This document shows, piece by piece, positions 47,094 to 57,219 of a stretch of DNA of 64,000 bases. The stretch spans positions 3,616,001 to 3,680,000 of the forward strand of contig OZ001293.3 in assembly GCA_963921275.4 (NCBI GenBank), given 5' to 3'. The first letter of the stretch is position 1. Each line of letters begins with the position of its first letter. The notes under the pieces are model-generated. The model was not told where the DNA came from and did no database searches. It saw nothing but the letters and a program-made list of their open reading frames with translations. The stretch is from an uncultured Hormoscilla sp. (GTDB taxonomy: Bacteria > Cyanobacteriota > Cyanobacteriia > Cyanobacteriales > Desertifilaceae). Both the position numbers and the translations under genes were made by a program.

Positions 47094-48350
47094 ATGATTA
47101 TGACTATCTCCTATGACCCCCCCGCCTTTGGACATTCCCAGACAAAATTAGCCCACTGTGCCCAGACTCTTGAGGTAATTGGGACCAGTGGCGGAGATCT
47201 AGCTAAAAGAAAAGCAGATTATGGTGTTGCTCACACAAATTGTATTGATGTTAAATTAGATGTAATAGGTGCTCCTGATTTGAAAGAGGAGACCCAATCT
47301 CAAAGCACTAGACGGGTGGATGTCTCTTCAAATTATCCTCTCGATCTGTCCGTGGCCCGAGAAGTTAAGGAAAGCGCTGGCTCAAAGGCCCCAGGCACCC
47401 TCGCCAAGAGTAAAAGCCTACCGTACATGGCTGACGCCACTCTGAAGCGATCGGAAATTAACATACCAAGAAGCAAATGTTCGATTAAATCCCAGGTATC
47501 TCTGGCTAATTTAACTTCTTATAGAGTGGGAGGCCCAGCTGAGTGGTACATAGATCCCCACAGCTTGTCAGACCTCCAGCAGGGTGTGGCCTGGGCGAGG
47601 TCAAAGGGATTGGCGATTACGGTGTTAGGCGCAGGCTCGAATTTGCTAGTGAGCGATCGGGGTCTGCCGGGTTTGGTGGTCTGTACCCGCAACCTCCGCT
47701 ATACTAATTTCGACCAGGAGACTAGCCAGGTAATCTCAGGTGCAGGTGTGCCGATCGCTCGTCTAGCAAGGCAAGTGGCCCAGCAGGGTTGGCAAGGGTT
47801 AGAATGGGCGGTGGGAATTCCCGGCACAGTCGGCGGTGCGGTAGTGATGAATGCTGGAGCGCACAAAAGCTCTATTGCTGATATACTGGTAAGCACTCAG
47901 GTGCTATCACAGACAGGCACGACAGAAAAGCTGAGGCCCTCTGATTTGGGCTACCGATACCGCCGTTCGGTGCTACAAGGAGGCGATCGCCTAGTTACAG
48001 AGACAACATTCCAATTGCAACCAGTGGGGGATCCTGTCGGTGTGATGACAACGACTAATGCCCATCTCAAGCAGCGGCATGCAACCCAACCTTACCACTT
48101 GCCTAGCTGTGGTAGTGTATTTCGTAATCAGGAACCTTACAATGCAGGCTGGTTGATCGAGCAAACGGGCCTGAAAGGCTATAAAAGAGGAGGAGCTCAG
48201 GTATCCGAACTGCATGCTAACTTCATTCTTAACTGCGGCGGATCCACAGCTAGCGACATTTTTCAGCTGATCTGCTACGTTCAGGAGCAAGTAGAGCAAC
48301 GCTGGTCTATCCGTTTAGAGCCAGAAGTGAAAATTATGGGAGAGTTTTAA
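47094..48350 (+). CDS. murB: UDP-N-acetylenolpyruvoylglucosamine reductase with a long N-terminal extension
   Basis: TSYRVGGPA, GAGSNLL, GIPGTVGGAVVMNAGA, SCGSVFRN, HANF, LEPEVK. Confidence 0.93.
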   Translation: MIMTISYDPPAFGHSQTKLAHCAQTLEVIGTSGGDLAKRKADYGVAHTNCIDVKLDVIGAPDLKEETQSQSTRRVDVSSNYPLDLSVAREVKESAGSKAPGTLAKSKSLPYMADATLKRSEINIPRSKCSIKSQVSLANLTSYRVGGPAEWYIDPHSLSDLQQGVAWARSKGLAITVLGAGSNLLVSDRGLPGLVVCTRNLRYTNFDQETSQVISGAGVPIARLARQVAQQGWQGLEWAVGIPGTVGGAVVMNAGAHKSSIADILVSTQVLSQTGTTEKLRPSDLGYRYRRSVLQGGDRLVTETTFQLQPVGDPVGVMTTTNAHLKQRHATQPYHLPSCGSVFRNQEPYNAGWLIEQTGLKGYKRGGAQVSELHANFILNCGGSTASDIFQLICYVQEQVEQRWSIRLEPEVKIMGEF

Positions 48351-48581
48351 TTCTTTGTGAGGTATGATATCAGTAATTGCAGACGTAAAGGTTGACAAGA
48401 TGACCCCAGGCTATATTCGTGGCAGACCCCGCCTCGGTGTCTCCCGACCCCTAGGAGCACTATCCAGGAGACACCGCAGAAACATCAAGCAGGAAAATTT
48501 TCTCGTTGTGATGGCAAGAGTGCTTTACGTGGGTAAAGTAAGCTAGAAATTAACAAAATTATACTCAATCAATAAGCAGTT

Positions 48582-48926
48582 ATGTCAAAAGGACAGGGAT
48601 TTGGCTTCGGTCTGGGCAAAATGAAAGAGTTGACCGAAGCTTTCAAAAAAGCTCAGCAGGTTCAAGAAGGTGCTCAGCAACTCCAAGCAGAATTGGAAGA
48701 ACTGGAGGTAGAAGGCTCGGCTGGTGGTGGTCTGGTAAAGGCCGTTCTCAATGGTAATCAACGACCCCAGCGAGTCACAATAGCACCGGAGTTGATGTCA
48801 GAAGAGGCAGATGTAGTCTCTGACATGGTTATTGCTGCTATGGTTGATGCCTATAACAAGTCAACTGAAACAATGCGGGAACGTATGGAAAATCTCACAG
48901 AGGGGTTGAATATTCCAGGGCTCTGA
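48582..48926 (+). CDS. ebfC: YbaB/EbfC nucleoid-associated protein
   Basis: [37 protein letters not shown]; located after murB. Confidence 0.9.
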   Translation: MSKGQGFGFGLGKMKELTEAFKKAQQVQEGAQQLQAELEELEVEGSAGGGLVKAVLNGNQRPQRVTIAPELMSEEADVVSDMVIAAMVDAYNKSTETMRERMENLTEGLNIPGL

Positions 48927-49218
48927 TTGTAGCGTAGGACAGGCGATACGCCTATCAGTCAGTTGCGTAGGACAGGCGTATCGCCTGTCAGTCAGTGGAA
49001 GAATGCTATAAATGACCGCAGAGAAAGGGTTAAAACTAGTTGAACAAAAATTGACACAGTGACAAGACAAAAACTTAGGTCTGACTACTTATCTCGTGCG
49101 GTCAAAAAGACGATCGCTGGCATGACGACGAGGTGTAGGGGGAACTCAGTTTCTTTCAATCGGGTTAATCCCTCATGGTAGAAGTTGGGTGCCCCAAATT
49201 GTGGAATTTAATTTAACT

Positions 49219-49569
49219 ATGATTGATCGACTATTTGTCTGCCTAGGCAATATATTGCTAGGTCTGGGCACAATGAAAGTGTTGACCGAAGCTTTCAAAA
49301 AAGCTCAGCAGGTTCAAGAAGATGCTCAGCAACTCCAAGCAGAATTGGAAGAACTGGAGGTAGAAGGCTCGGCTGGTGGCGGTCTGGTGAAGGTGGTTTT
49401 CAATGGTAATCAACGACCCCAGCGAGTCACAATAGCACCGGAGTTGATGTCGGAAGAGGCAGATGTAGTCTCCGATATGGTTACTGCGGCTATGGTTGAT
49501 GCTTATAACAAGTTAACTGAAACAAGGCGGGAACGCATGCAAAATATCACGGAAGGGTGGAATTTATAG
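49219..49569 (+). CDS. Diverged second ebfC copy with a phosphatase-derived N-terminus (chimeric; may be non-functional)
   Basis: MIDRLFVCLGNI resembles the start of the downstream phosphatase; the remainder aligns with 48582-48926 with multiple substitutions. Confidence 0.7.
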   Translation: MIDRLFVCLGNILLGLGTMKVLTEAFKKAQQVQEDAQQLQAELEELEVEGSAGGGLVKVVFNGNQRPQRVTIAPELMSEEADVVSDMVTAAMVDAYNKLTETRRERMQNITEGWNL

Positions 49570-49650
49570 GGCTATGATTGTAAGTGGTCAGTTGTAAGTG
49601 GTCAGTTGTGAGAAGTTGGGTGCCCAAAATTGTTGGTTTTTAATTTAACT

Positions 49651-50133
49651 ATGCCTGATAAACTACTATTTGTCTGCCTGGGCAATATCTCCCGATCGCC
49701 CTCAGCAGAAAACATCATGAATCACCTGATAGATAAAGCTAATCTGTCCGAGGCAATTGTCTGCGACTCGGCAGGCACTAGCAGCTATCATATCGGGAGT
49801 CCCCCAGACCGGCGGATGGCGGCGGCGGCGGCCCAGCAAGGAATTACACTTAAGGGTAGGGCCCGCCAGTTTAAGCAGTCAGATTTTCAGGAGTTCGATC
49901 TGATTCTGGCGATGGACAGGGAAAACTACCGGAACATTCTCTCTCTGGACCGGGCCGGAAAGTACGCTGACAAGGTGCGATTGATGTGTGATTTCTGCAC
50001 CCGCCACACAGAAACAGAAGTCTCAGACCCCTATTACGGGAGACCCGAGGGATTTAATGATGCGATTGATTTACTGATGGATGCCTGTGAGGGTCTTCTA
50101 CAGTATGTTTGCGATCGCGCCATATCTACTTGA
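49651..50133 (+). CDS. Low molecular weight protein-tyrosine phosphatase
   Basis: LLFVCLGNISRSPSAE, DSAGT, ARQ, FDLILAMD, DPYYG. Confidence 0.92.
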   Translation: MPDKLLFVCLGNISRSPSAENIMNHLIDKANLSEAIVCDSAGTSSYHIGSPPDRRMAAAAAQQGITLKGRARQFKQSDFQEFDLILAMDRENYRNILSLDRAGKYADKVRLMCDFCTRHTETEVSDPYYGRPEGFNDAIDLLMDACEGLLQYVCDRAIST

Positions 50134-50785
50134 CGAGCTGATGCTGCATGGCAAAATGTACCAGTTCGGCGCGATTGCTGGTGTCGGTTTTCCGCAGCAG
50201 GCTGCTGACGTACTTTTCTATTGTTCGGGGACTTAGGTGCAGGGTGGTGCCAATTTGAGCATTGGAAATACCTGTGGTAATCAGGATCAAAACTTCCTGT
50301 TCTCGTGAGGTAAGACTGATCTCCAAGCTGGTTTCCGATCTCTTCGGTGTCTGGGGTGGTGGGGTGGGTTTGTCTGTGGCTTGCAGACGTGATCGCCATT
50401 CTGATTCGATCAGCTGCGATCGGTCTAGCAGGTTGCGCACTACTACTGCGAGTTCTTCCAACTCAAATGGCTTAGGTAAATAGAGGTCGCACCCCAACTG
50501 ATACCCCCGAATGCGTTCGGTGGTAGAATTCCGCGCGGTCAAGAAGATGACTGGTAATAAGCGCAGGGCCGGTTGTTGGCGGACTTGTCGGACGAACTCG
50601 TAGCCATCCATGAGGGGCATGGCAATATCTGTAATAATTAGGTGAGGTTGGTATTTGGCTACCATCTCTAGGGCTTGTTTCCCATTCTCGGCGGCGATCG
50701 CATCGTAGCCAGACTGTTCCAGGTGGTCGTGGATAGCTATACGAGTCCCTAAGTCATCTTCAGCAATCAAAATTAGCAAAGGCAT
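50126..50785 (-). CDS. NarL/LuxR-family response regulator
   Basis: Receiver domain (IAEDD, TDIAMP, LPKPF) plus LTSREQEVL...SPRTIEKYVSSLL HTH. Confidence 0.93.
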   Translation of the reverse strand: MPLLILIAEDDLGTRIAIHDHLEQSGYDAIAAENGKQALEMVAKYQPHLIITDIAMPLMDGYEFVRQVRQQPALRLLPVIFLTARNSTTERIRGYQLGCDLYLPKPFELEELAVVVRNLLDRSQLIESEWRSRLQATDKPTPPPQTPKRSETSLEISLTSREQEVLILITTGISNAQIGTTLHLSPRTIEKYVSSLLRKTDTSNRAELVHFAMQHQLVK

Positions 50786-50800
50786 GGTACAAAAAGACGA

Positions 50801-51784
50801 TCAATCAGATGTATCGCGGTCATTCTGGCGAGACCTCATCTGGTCAATTTCCTGCTGCAATTCCTGGATTTGACGGCGCAAGTTGTCTGCTTGATTGCCG
50901 GGGGTTTCTGCTTCCACGTTAACTGCTCCTTGGGCTGGATCTCGCTGATAATTTCCCTGACGAATTTGGCGATATTCTTCAGACTGCGACCACGCCTGTA
51001 AATGGTGTAAGCGGTGAACTGGGAAGGGATGACTTAGCATGGTCCCTTGCATACCGTTGTAGAGGAGAAACTTATATACCTGATTGAGATTATCCCGATC
51101 TAACTCTTGATAATTTTTAGATTGGCGGATAAATTCATTCAAGCTCACTTCGCGAGCGTACTTAGCACTGCCACCAGCAAGCTGCATCATCGTTTGCATT
51201 ACTAAGTCTAGGTCATCGGTCACCAATAGGGCCGCCCGATCGGATGATAACTCAGCTTTACGTTGCCATTCATAAAAGGCATATATTAAGCCTGTGCTGA
51301 CGAGGGTTCCAATGCCCAATGTCATTTCTCCCAGTATAGAGGCGGCACCCCTTGCCCAGATCCCCATTTGAATCAGGATGGTATGACCGCACTTAACATG
51401 TCCTAACTCGTGGGCCAGCACTGCGCGAATTTCCGCTTCACTGAGTAAGTCTATTAAACCGGTATTCACAATTACAGATGGCTGCTTTTGTCCGAGTGCA
51501 TAGGCATTGACCTGGGTATTTTGAGAGACAAACAACCCTGGTTCGGGATATATGTCTAAATCCCGGAGGCATTCGCGATATATCTGGTAAAGACTAGCAT
51601 ACTGACACGGTCCCACTTGAATGCTATTGCCCATGAAAAAGACTAACTGGGGGCGTTCATAAATAAATTATACAAACTTGCGGGCAATTAGATCGAATCC
51701 TGGGACGCTGCGTAATGCTCGTTCTGCCTTCAGATCGAGGGGATGTCTTAATGCTTCACTGGAAATTCCGGGGTAACTAGGCAT
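50801..51784 (-). pseudogene. M48-family zinc metalloprotease with a nonsense codon near the 5' end
   Basis: MPSYPGISSEALRHPLD from 51784; in-frame TAA at 51668-51670 (KFV*FIYER); HELGH, AELSSDR, SHP motifs. Confidence 0.85.
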
Positions 51785-51798
51785 GGGTAATTGTACTT

Positions 51799-51945
51799 TG
51801 TCAGTTGTTAGTTGTTAGTTGTCAGTTGTTAGTTGTCAGTTGTTAGTTGTTAGTTGTCACTGGTCACTGGTCGCTGGTCACTGATAACTGGTCACTGATA
51901 ACTAGTACGCGGTCACTGGTACGTCGGCCTGGTACATGGTCACAG
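51799..51945. repeat. Heptamer tandem repeats (STRR-like)
   Basis: (TGT(T/C)AGT)n grading into (GGTCACT)n; the related TGGTCAG/TTGTAAG tract lies at ~49578-49610. Confidence 0.85.
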
Positions 51946-52044
51946 TTCAATGATAGCACATGCGGTAGACGTGGTAAGCTAAAGTAGAAGGCGCGACCCA
52001 CTACCTATTTTACAGATTTCGGTGCTACAACAGGAGGAGGTCTG

Positions 52045-52874
52045 ATGACTGCAACAAAAAACTTAAGGGGCGATCGGGTTCTAGTGGTAGGTGCCACGGG
52101 GGGCGTCGGACAGCTAACAGTGGCAAAGCTACTAGAGAAAGACTATCAGGTTCGCGTTCTGGTAAGAAATGCGGAAAAAGCTCAGAAAATGTTCGATGAC
52201 CAGGTAGAAATTGCCGTAGGAGACATCCGCGATCCCACTACTCTTCCTGCCGCCGTGGAGAATATCACTCACATCATTTGCTGTGCAGGAACCACGGCTT
52301 TTCCATCGAGCATGTGGGAATTAGATCAAATTGAGAAGGGGCAAGAAAATCCGATTGAATGGCTGAAAATTTATCTTAATCCTGAATCGACGCGCGCTCC
52401 GGCTTCTAATAGTCCTGATAAGGTGGATGCAGAGGGTGTTAGCAACCTGTTGGCGGCAGCACCAAAAGCATTAAAGCGGTTTATTTTTGTCTCCTCCATT
52501 GGCATAAGACGGAAAGATAAACCACCTTTTAATATTCTTAATGCTTTCGGGGTGCTGGATGCTAAGCAAAAAGGGGAAGAGGCGATCGCCCGTTCTGGGT
52601 TACCTTATACTATTATCCGCCCAGGACGGCTGATCGACGGCCCTTACACTTCCTACGACTTAAACAGGCTTCTGAAGGCGACCACAGGAGGGAAATTGGG
52701 TGTGGTGGTACTCACGGGGGATACTCTATTAGGTGAAGCTAGTCGCATTGATGTGGCCTCAGCTTGTGTAGAATCTATTGGCAACTCGGTAACCGAAGGG
52801 AAGGTTTTGAGATAATAAATAAAGGACCGAGACCAGAGGCGATCGACTGGACGGCACTCTTTTCTAACCTCTGA
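52045..52874 (+). CDS. NAD(P)-binding SDR/NmrA-like oxidoreductase with an apparent frameshift near the C-terminus
   Basis: VLVVGATGGVG, YTIIRPGRL.DGP, SRIDVA; tail EIINKGPRP..DWTALF is in a shifted frame after ~52808. Confidence 0.8.
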
Positions 52875-53072
52875 TATAGCAGTTCTCTTGCTTAGTGTGA
52901 TATGCTGTGGGAGATTGCTAGCGCTCCGGCGTCGCGCCGCTGCGCTTTTACGAAGTGCGCGCAGCGCTACGGGGGGGATAACTCATAAAGCCTAAGTTAG
53001 TCGCTACGTATCCCCCTCGCAATGACAAATAGCCGATTTGGCTGTACCACATCAATGCCGAGATTCGCTATA
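52875..53072. mobile_element. MITE-like element with a nested GC-rich repeat
   Basis: Inverted ends TATAGCAGTTCTC / GAGATTCGCTATA, between convergent genes. Confidence 0.65.
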
Positions 53073-53083
53073 ACCGCCGGTTC

Positions 53084-53674
53084 CTAACTATCCCCAACCC
53101 GCGTCCACAGTGCTAACCCGCCGCCTCGACCCCTGGCTGCAATGGCCCGATCATCCACCAGGAAATAGGTAAAAAATGCCTGATCTTTGACAGTTTTCTG
53201 GTAAAACTGAGCTTCCCGATCTTTACCGGAGCGAATATAGCTCTGATAAAGCTTCATTCCCAAGAAATACAGTTGCATGCGCGTAAAATCGAAGGCTAAG
53301 ATATTTCGCTGGGGCCAAAACTGCGCTGGACCTGTGAGAACTATCTTAAATAGTCCTACTTCCACGGAGTTTTCTATCTTGCCCCGATCGCCTGATGGTT
53401 CGGGTTCTGATGAATAGGATAGAAGAATCTTAACCAACTTGGGCAGAAACCGTCCCGCCCCCAAGATTACTCCAGCCCGTTGGCGGGATTTTTTTGTGCC
53501 TGTGATAAACCCTAATCGCCAGGTGTCCAGCAATTGGGAATAGGTATAATGCGCTTTAGTTTGTTTAGCTGTTTTCTCTGCCTCCAGCAGTGCCTCAACC
53601 ACATCTAAGGGTGCGGGCGCTGTTGTTGAGGCCGTGGTAAGAAACTGAACAGCTTGGTCTATAATTGAGTTCAT
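53084..53674 (-). CDS. Conserved cyanobacterial hypothetical protein (fibrillin/lipocalin-like)
   Basis: LL.AEK..K...WRLGFITGTKK...LAFDFTRM...QAFFTYF...AARGRGGGLALW. Confidence 0.7.
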   Translation of the reverse strand: MNSIIDQAVQFLTTASTTAPAPLDVVEALLEAEKTAKQTKAHYTYSQLLDTWRLGFITGTKKSRQRAGVILGAGRFLPKLVKILLSYSSEPEPSGDRGKIENSVEVGLFKIVLTGPAQFWPQRNILAFDFTRMQLYFLGMKLYQSYIRSGKDREAQFYQKTVKDQAFFTYFLVDDRAIAARGRGGGLALWTRVGDS

Positions 53675-53710
53675 TGATATCCTTGTGTATGTCACACATC
53701 CTCTTGATAA

Positions 53711-54871
53711 TTATCTGATAGCAAGATATTCTGGCTCTCTATATTCAGATAATAACTGTGCGATTCGTTTAGGCGTAAACCGGTGACGGTGAAAGTCTGA
53801 CTGGTTTCATTTGCCAGAAACTCTGGTTATCATGGGGGTTAATTTCCCCCTCCCCAGGTGTAGGGGGTCGAGGGTACTACCGGTCCTTAGTGCTACGAAG
53901 TAACATCATCGTGGTGCTCCGCTAGGACTTAAATGTAGGATAGCTGGCAGCCTAAGCCGGCGACACCGCGCTTGTTAGATGCTCATGGTTAGAACAAGCG
54001 AACCTGTGTAAACTTCGTAACTTGAAACCAGCGGAATAAGGCTTGTACGCTGGCCCAAAAAGGAAATGGTAGTTAGTGTTGGTAGTGGTTATTTACCAGC
54101 ATCGCACCCGAAGAACTCCCGGGGTAGAGCAGGAACCTAAAAGCATCGTGAAATGATACCAGGGAACGAAGTAACCTCTTGTGAGCGGTTCGGCTCTACG
54201 GAGCCGAACCAGTTAGATGTAAAGCGCAAGCCACAAGGGGAGGGATGTCCTAAGAAGCAAAAGCCCAGGGTAATGCCTGTGGATAAGCAGACGTAGGACG
54301 GATATGGTAAGATGTTCTGGGAAAAAGTAGCTTTTGAATGTAATAAACCAGGAGAAATCCTAGGGATTAATGGTGGATTAAATCCTAACCGGGTAAAAAT
54401 TCAGGGCCTCAAATATAGAGGAGATGTAAGTAAAGAGCGGATTTAGTGGTTTACTGGTTCACCCCCGCAAACCTTCCGGAGTTAGGTAGTTAACGGTTCA
54501 TCGACTGACCATAAGGGGCAAAATTTCATGGGACAAGGGAGAAATAATCCTGCTGATGACAACAGCTTATCAACCAGTAGCCGTGTGCGGTGAAAGTCGC
54601 TCTTCAGGTTCCGAATGGGAGGGTTGGGAAGCGATTCCTGGCTCGACCCCGACCCACTCAGAGCTGACTCACCCCAAATTTCTCCATTGCTAATAAACTT
54701 CTCTACCTCTACAGTTCCATGGCTTAAGAATTCAATTTCCCAACGTTCCCCCGGTACGGCCACAGTCACCATAACCGCTTCATCGCGATGATGTGCTAAA
54801 CTGTAACTAATCTTTTGTCTTTCCAGTTTTTGCAAGAATACAATCAATTGGTTAAATATATTTTTTTTTAT
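53711..54871 (-). pseudogene. Small hypothetical gene interrupted by an antisense group II intron
   Basis: KKNIFNQL..RDEAVMVTVAVPGERWEIEF..EVEKF..GESALS, continuing ELLSEYREPEYLAIR* beyond the intron; no ATG at the expected start. Confidence 0.65.
53758..54653 (+). mobile_element. ORF-less group II intron, full length
   Basis: GTGCGATTCG at 53758; domain V TAGCCGTGTGCGGTGAAAGTCGCTCTTCAGGTTC; ends CTCGACCCCGAC at 54653. Confidence 0.88.
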
Positions 54872-55122
54872 TGATAATTTATGACCCGAGTACGATTTTT
54901 TTCCCGGACTCATCCGATTTACTGCGGTTCCCGGAGACGCTCGCTCTTTCACTACCTATTGAGTATACTACAGATCAGTTCCCCGGCACCATTGGACTCG
55001 AAGAAGACGACAGTTTTGTCTTTGCTCACCCGCACCAGATCGCCACTCCCCAGTTTCAAATTTTATTATAAATATACTGTTTCTTATCCAATGGGATTAA
55101 CAACATCAAAATTTATTGAATT

Positions 55123-55578
55123 TTACTGAATTTCTTGCCATTCCCGGGCATATGCGAATTGGGAAAAATGCACTAAATTTGTTGTGGCAATTATCACCTC
55201 ATTCCTGTTCTGCGCCGACAAGATTGCCTGCGCTGCCAGAATCACATCCCCATCCAGTGCCTTGGGATCTGCTGTTGGTCTTCCTCTCTGTCTTGCTTCC
55301 GCCCACAAATGTGCTGCTAAAAGCATCACTTCTGTCGTAATGGGAAGATAGGTAATTGCAGCTTTAAGCTGATCTAGGCGCTTAATACCTGCTACTTTAT
55401 CTGCCCGCCGCAACTCACGTCGTACCTCATAATCTGCTATTTCAGGCAAAACTACTTGATAGCCTTTCTCGGGCAAAGAGTCCAGCCAAAGTTTGCACTC
55501 TTGACAGACAGCAGAAGTAGTTTTGGGATTTGTCACCATTCCCAAAGGTCCACTGTCTAACATAACTATTCTACTCAT
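55123..55578 (-). CDS. PIN-domain (VapC-like) toxin
   Basis: MLDSGPLG, PEIADYEVRRELRR, LDGDVILAAQA, ATTN. Confidence 0.88.
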   Translation of the reverse strand: MSRIVMLDSGPLGMVTNPKTTSAVCQECKLWLDSLPEKGYQVVLPEIADYEVRRELRRADKVAGIKRLDQLKAAITYLPITTEVMLLAAHLWAEARQRGRPTADPKALDGDVILAAQAILSAQNRNEVIIATTNLVHFSQFAYAREWQEIQ

Positions 55579-55617
55579 GGAAACACTATTCGATTATACT
55601 GTACATAACTATTATAC

Positions 55618-55977
55618 TCATGGAAACGCTATTCGATTATCAAGACGGTCAACATCGAGTGCTTGACGCAGATATTCCCAGGTTTCTGTCTGTTCTTCTT
55701 CATCTCCCTCTTCTATCCATTGCCTAGTTAATTCTCTCAGTGCTTGGTGCTGCTTCGCTAGCAGTGCGGATGTTTCCCCGATCGCTCCTGCTTCTGGTTC
55801 GCCTGTTTCCCCGGATTTCATCGTTACGCTCTCGCGAAACAATCTCACCATCTGTAGTAAATTTGACCAGTGTTCTTTAGGTGTTGCTTGAATTTCTTGC
55901 AGTAATTCTGTAATCCCTATTTGAGTCGCATTACTTTCTACTTCACTGCTCAAATGCATTACACTTTGCTTAGACAT
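55618..55977 (-). CDS. Probable antitoxin upstream of the PIN toxin
   Basis: Position, plus C-terminal W.EEGDEEEQTETWEYL..ALD.DR typical of cyanobacterial PIN partners. Confidence 0.7.
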   Translation of the reverse strand: MSKQSVMHLSSEVESNATQIGITELLQEIQATPKEHWSNLLQMVRLFRESVTMKSGETGEPEAGAIGETSALLAKQHQALRELTRQWIEEGDEEEQTETWEYLRQALDVDRLDNRIAFP

Positions 55978-56062
55978 AATCGCCTCTTCATTGTTGATCT
56001 CTAGTTTCCATTATAGCGTAGACTTTTTTTTGGGTCGAGCTCTCAGACTACCGGCGCACATC

Positions 56063-56338
56063 CTACCTATTGAGTATACTACAGATCAGTTCCCCGGCAC
56101 CATTGGACTCGAAGGGGACGACGGTTTTGTCTGTGCGCACCCGCATCCGATCGCGACAATTATATACCTCCATCGGTCGGACTACACCGTTGACACTCAC
56201 AGATGCCCTGTACTCCCAGTAATACTTAGCGCTCCGCTCGATCCTGATGATGCATATTCAGTTATCATGGTAGCTGCGGCAAGGGTCGGCTTCCGCAGGT
56301 AGTGCTACAGCTAACATCATTAACAGCACCGATGGCAT
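56063..56338 (-). pseudogene. Small conserved cyanobacterial exported protein with an internal TGA
   Basis: ..LAVALPAEADPCRSYHDN*ICIIRIERSAKYYWEYRASVSVNG..EVYNCRDR..GAGELICSILNR. Confidence 0.6.
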
Positions 56339-56417
56339 TCTTTTTCGCACTAACTCCCAAGTTTTCACGACTTTAACCAGTTATCTGTTGACTATATAAT
56401 CTTACTTTATCTGCAAT

Positions 56418-56909
56418 ATGGAACCAAGTCAACCCCCATCTCCAACTGACGGACTCCACCTGAAGCGCCCCTGCTTGATGGTTGCCGATCTGGAGCGATC
56501 GCTCTTAATTTACCGAGATATTTTAGGTTTTCGGCTTGATTATGTCGGCGATGCTTCCCCCAACTCTTACCTCTATAAAGCATTTCAATTTCCTCAAGAG
56601 GCGCAATTAAAATTTGCGGCCCTCAGTACCAAATACGAACCCCGAGCGCTGGCCTTAACGGAAGTCAAGGGCATCCAACTTCCCACTCCAACTCCTCCCT
56701 ATCGCGCCGCTACTGTCATGCGAGTACCCAACATTGCTTCCACCATCCAAAAGATTCGCGATCTGGGACTAGAGGCGATCGAACCCAGTTTCTTCACCGC
56801 ACCCCCTAACCTCAGCTTTACCGAACAAGCATTTTGCGATTACGACTGTCATCTGATTGTCCTTTACGAAGTTAAACAAAGCGATAATTTTACTCCCGAG
56901 GGAGATTGA
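56418..56909 (+). CDS. VOC/glyoxalase family protein
   Basis: L.VADLERSL..YRDILGF; C-terminal F.D.D.HLIVLYE. Confidence 0.8.
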   Translation: MEPSQPPSPTDGLHLKRPCLMVADLERSLLIYRDILGFRLDYVGDASPNSYLYKAFQFPQEAQLKFAALSTKYEPRALALTEVKGIQLPTPTPPYRAATVMRVPNIASTIQKIRDLGLEAIEPSFFTAPPNLSFTEQAFCDYDCHLIVLYEVKQSDNFTPEGD

Positions 56910-56981
56910 GATCCCTGCTGCGAGGGTCTAGAAACCAAGTTCTTGGGAAAAACCTGATTTCTTAATTCTGGCGACGATCTG

Positions 56982-57210
56982 TTTAGAGGAACTGTGATGG
57001 TTTTTCTGGTTCAGTTACCTGGCGAACCTGGTCCAATTCTAATTTCAATAGCTCAGCCACTTCCTCGAAAGAAAAACCTCGCTCCAACATCAGTGGCACC
57101 ACTTCTAATTTACCTTCTAAACGACCTTTTGCAAGACCAACTTCTTCGCCTTCTTGTCAATATACCCGTATCAGTTGATCGGAATTTACCAACAATCTAT
57201 ATGGTTTCGT
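56982..57210 (-). pseudogene. C-terminal remnant of an Rpn/DUF2887-type protein
   Basis: QEGEEVGLAKGRLEGKLEVVPLMLERGFSFEEVAELLKL. Confidence 0.55.
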
Positions 57211-57219
57211 TTTCTCCAC

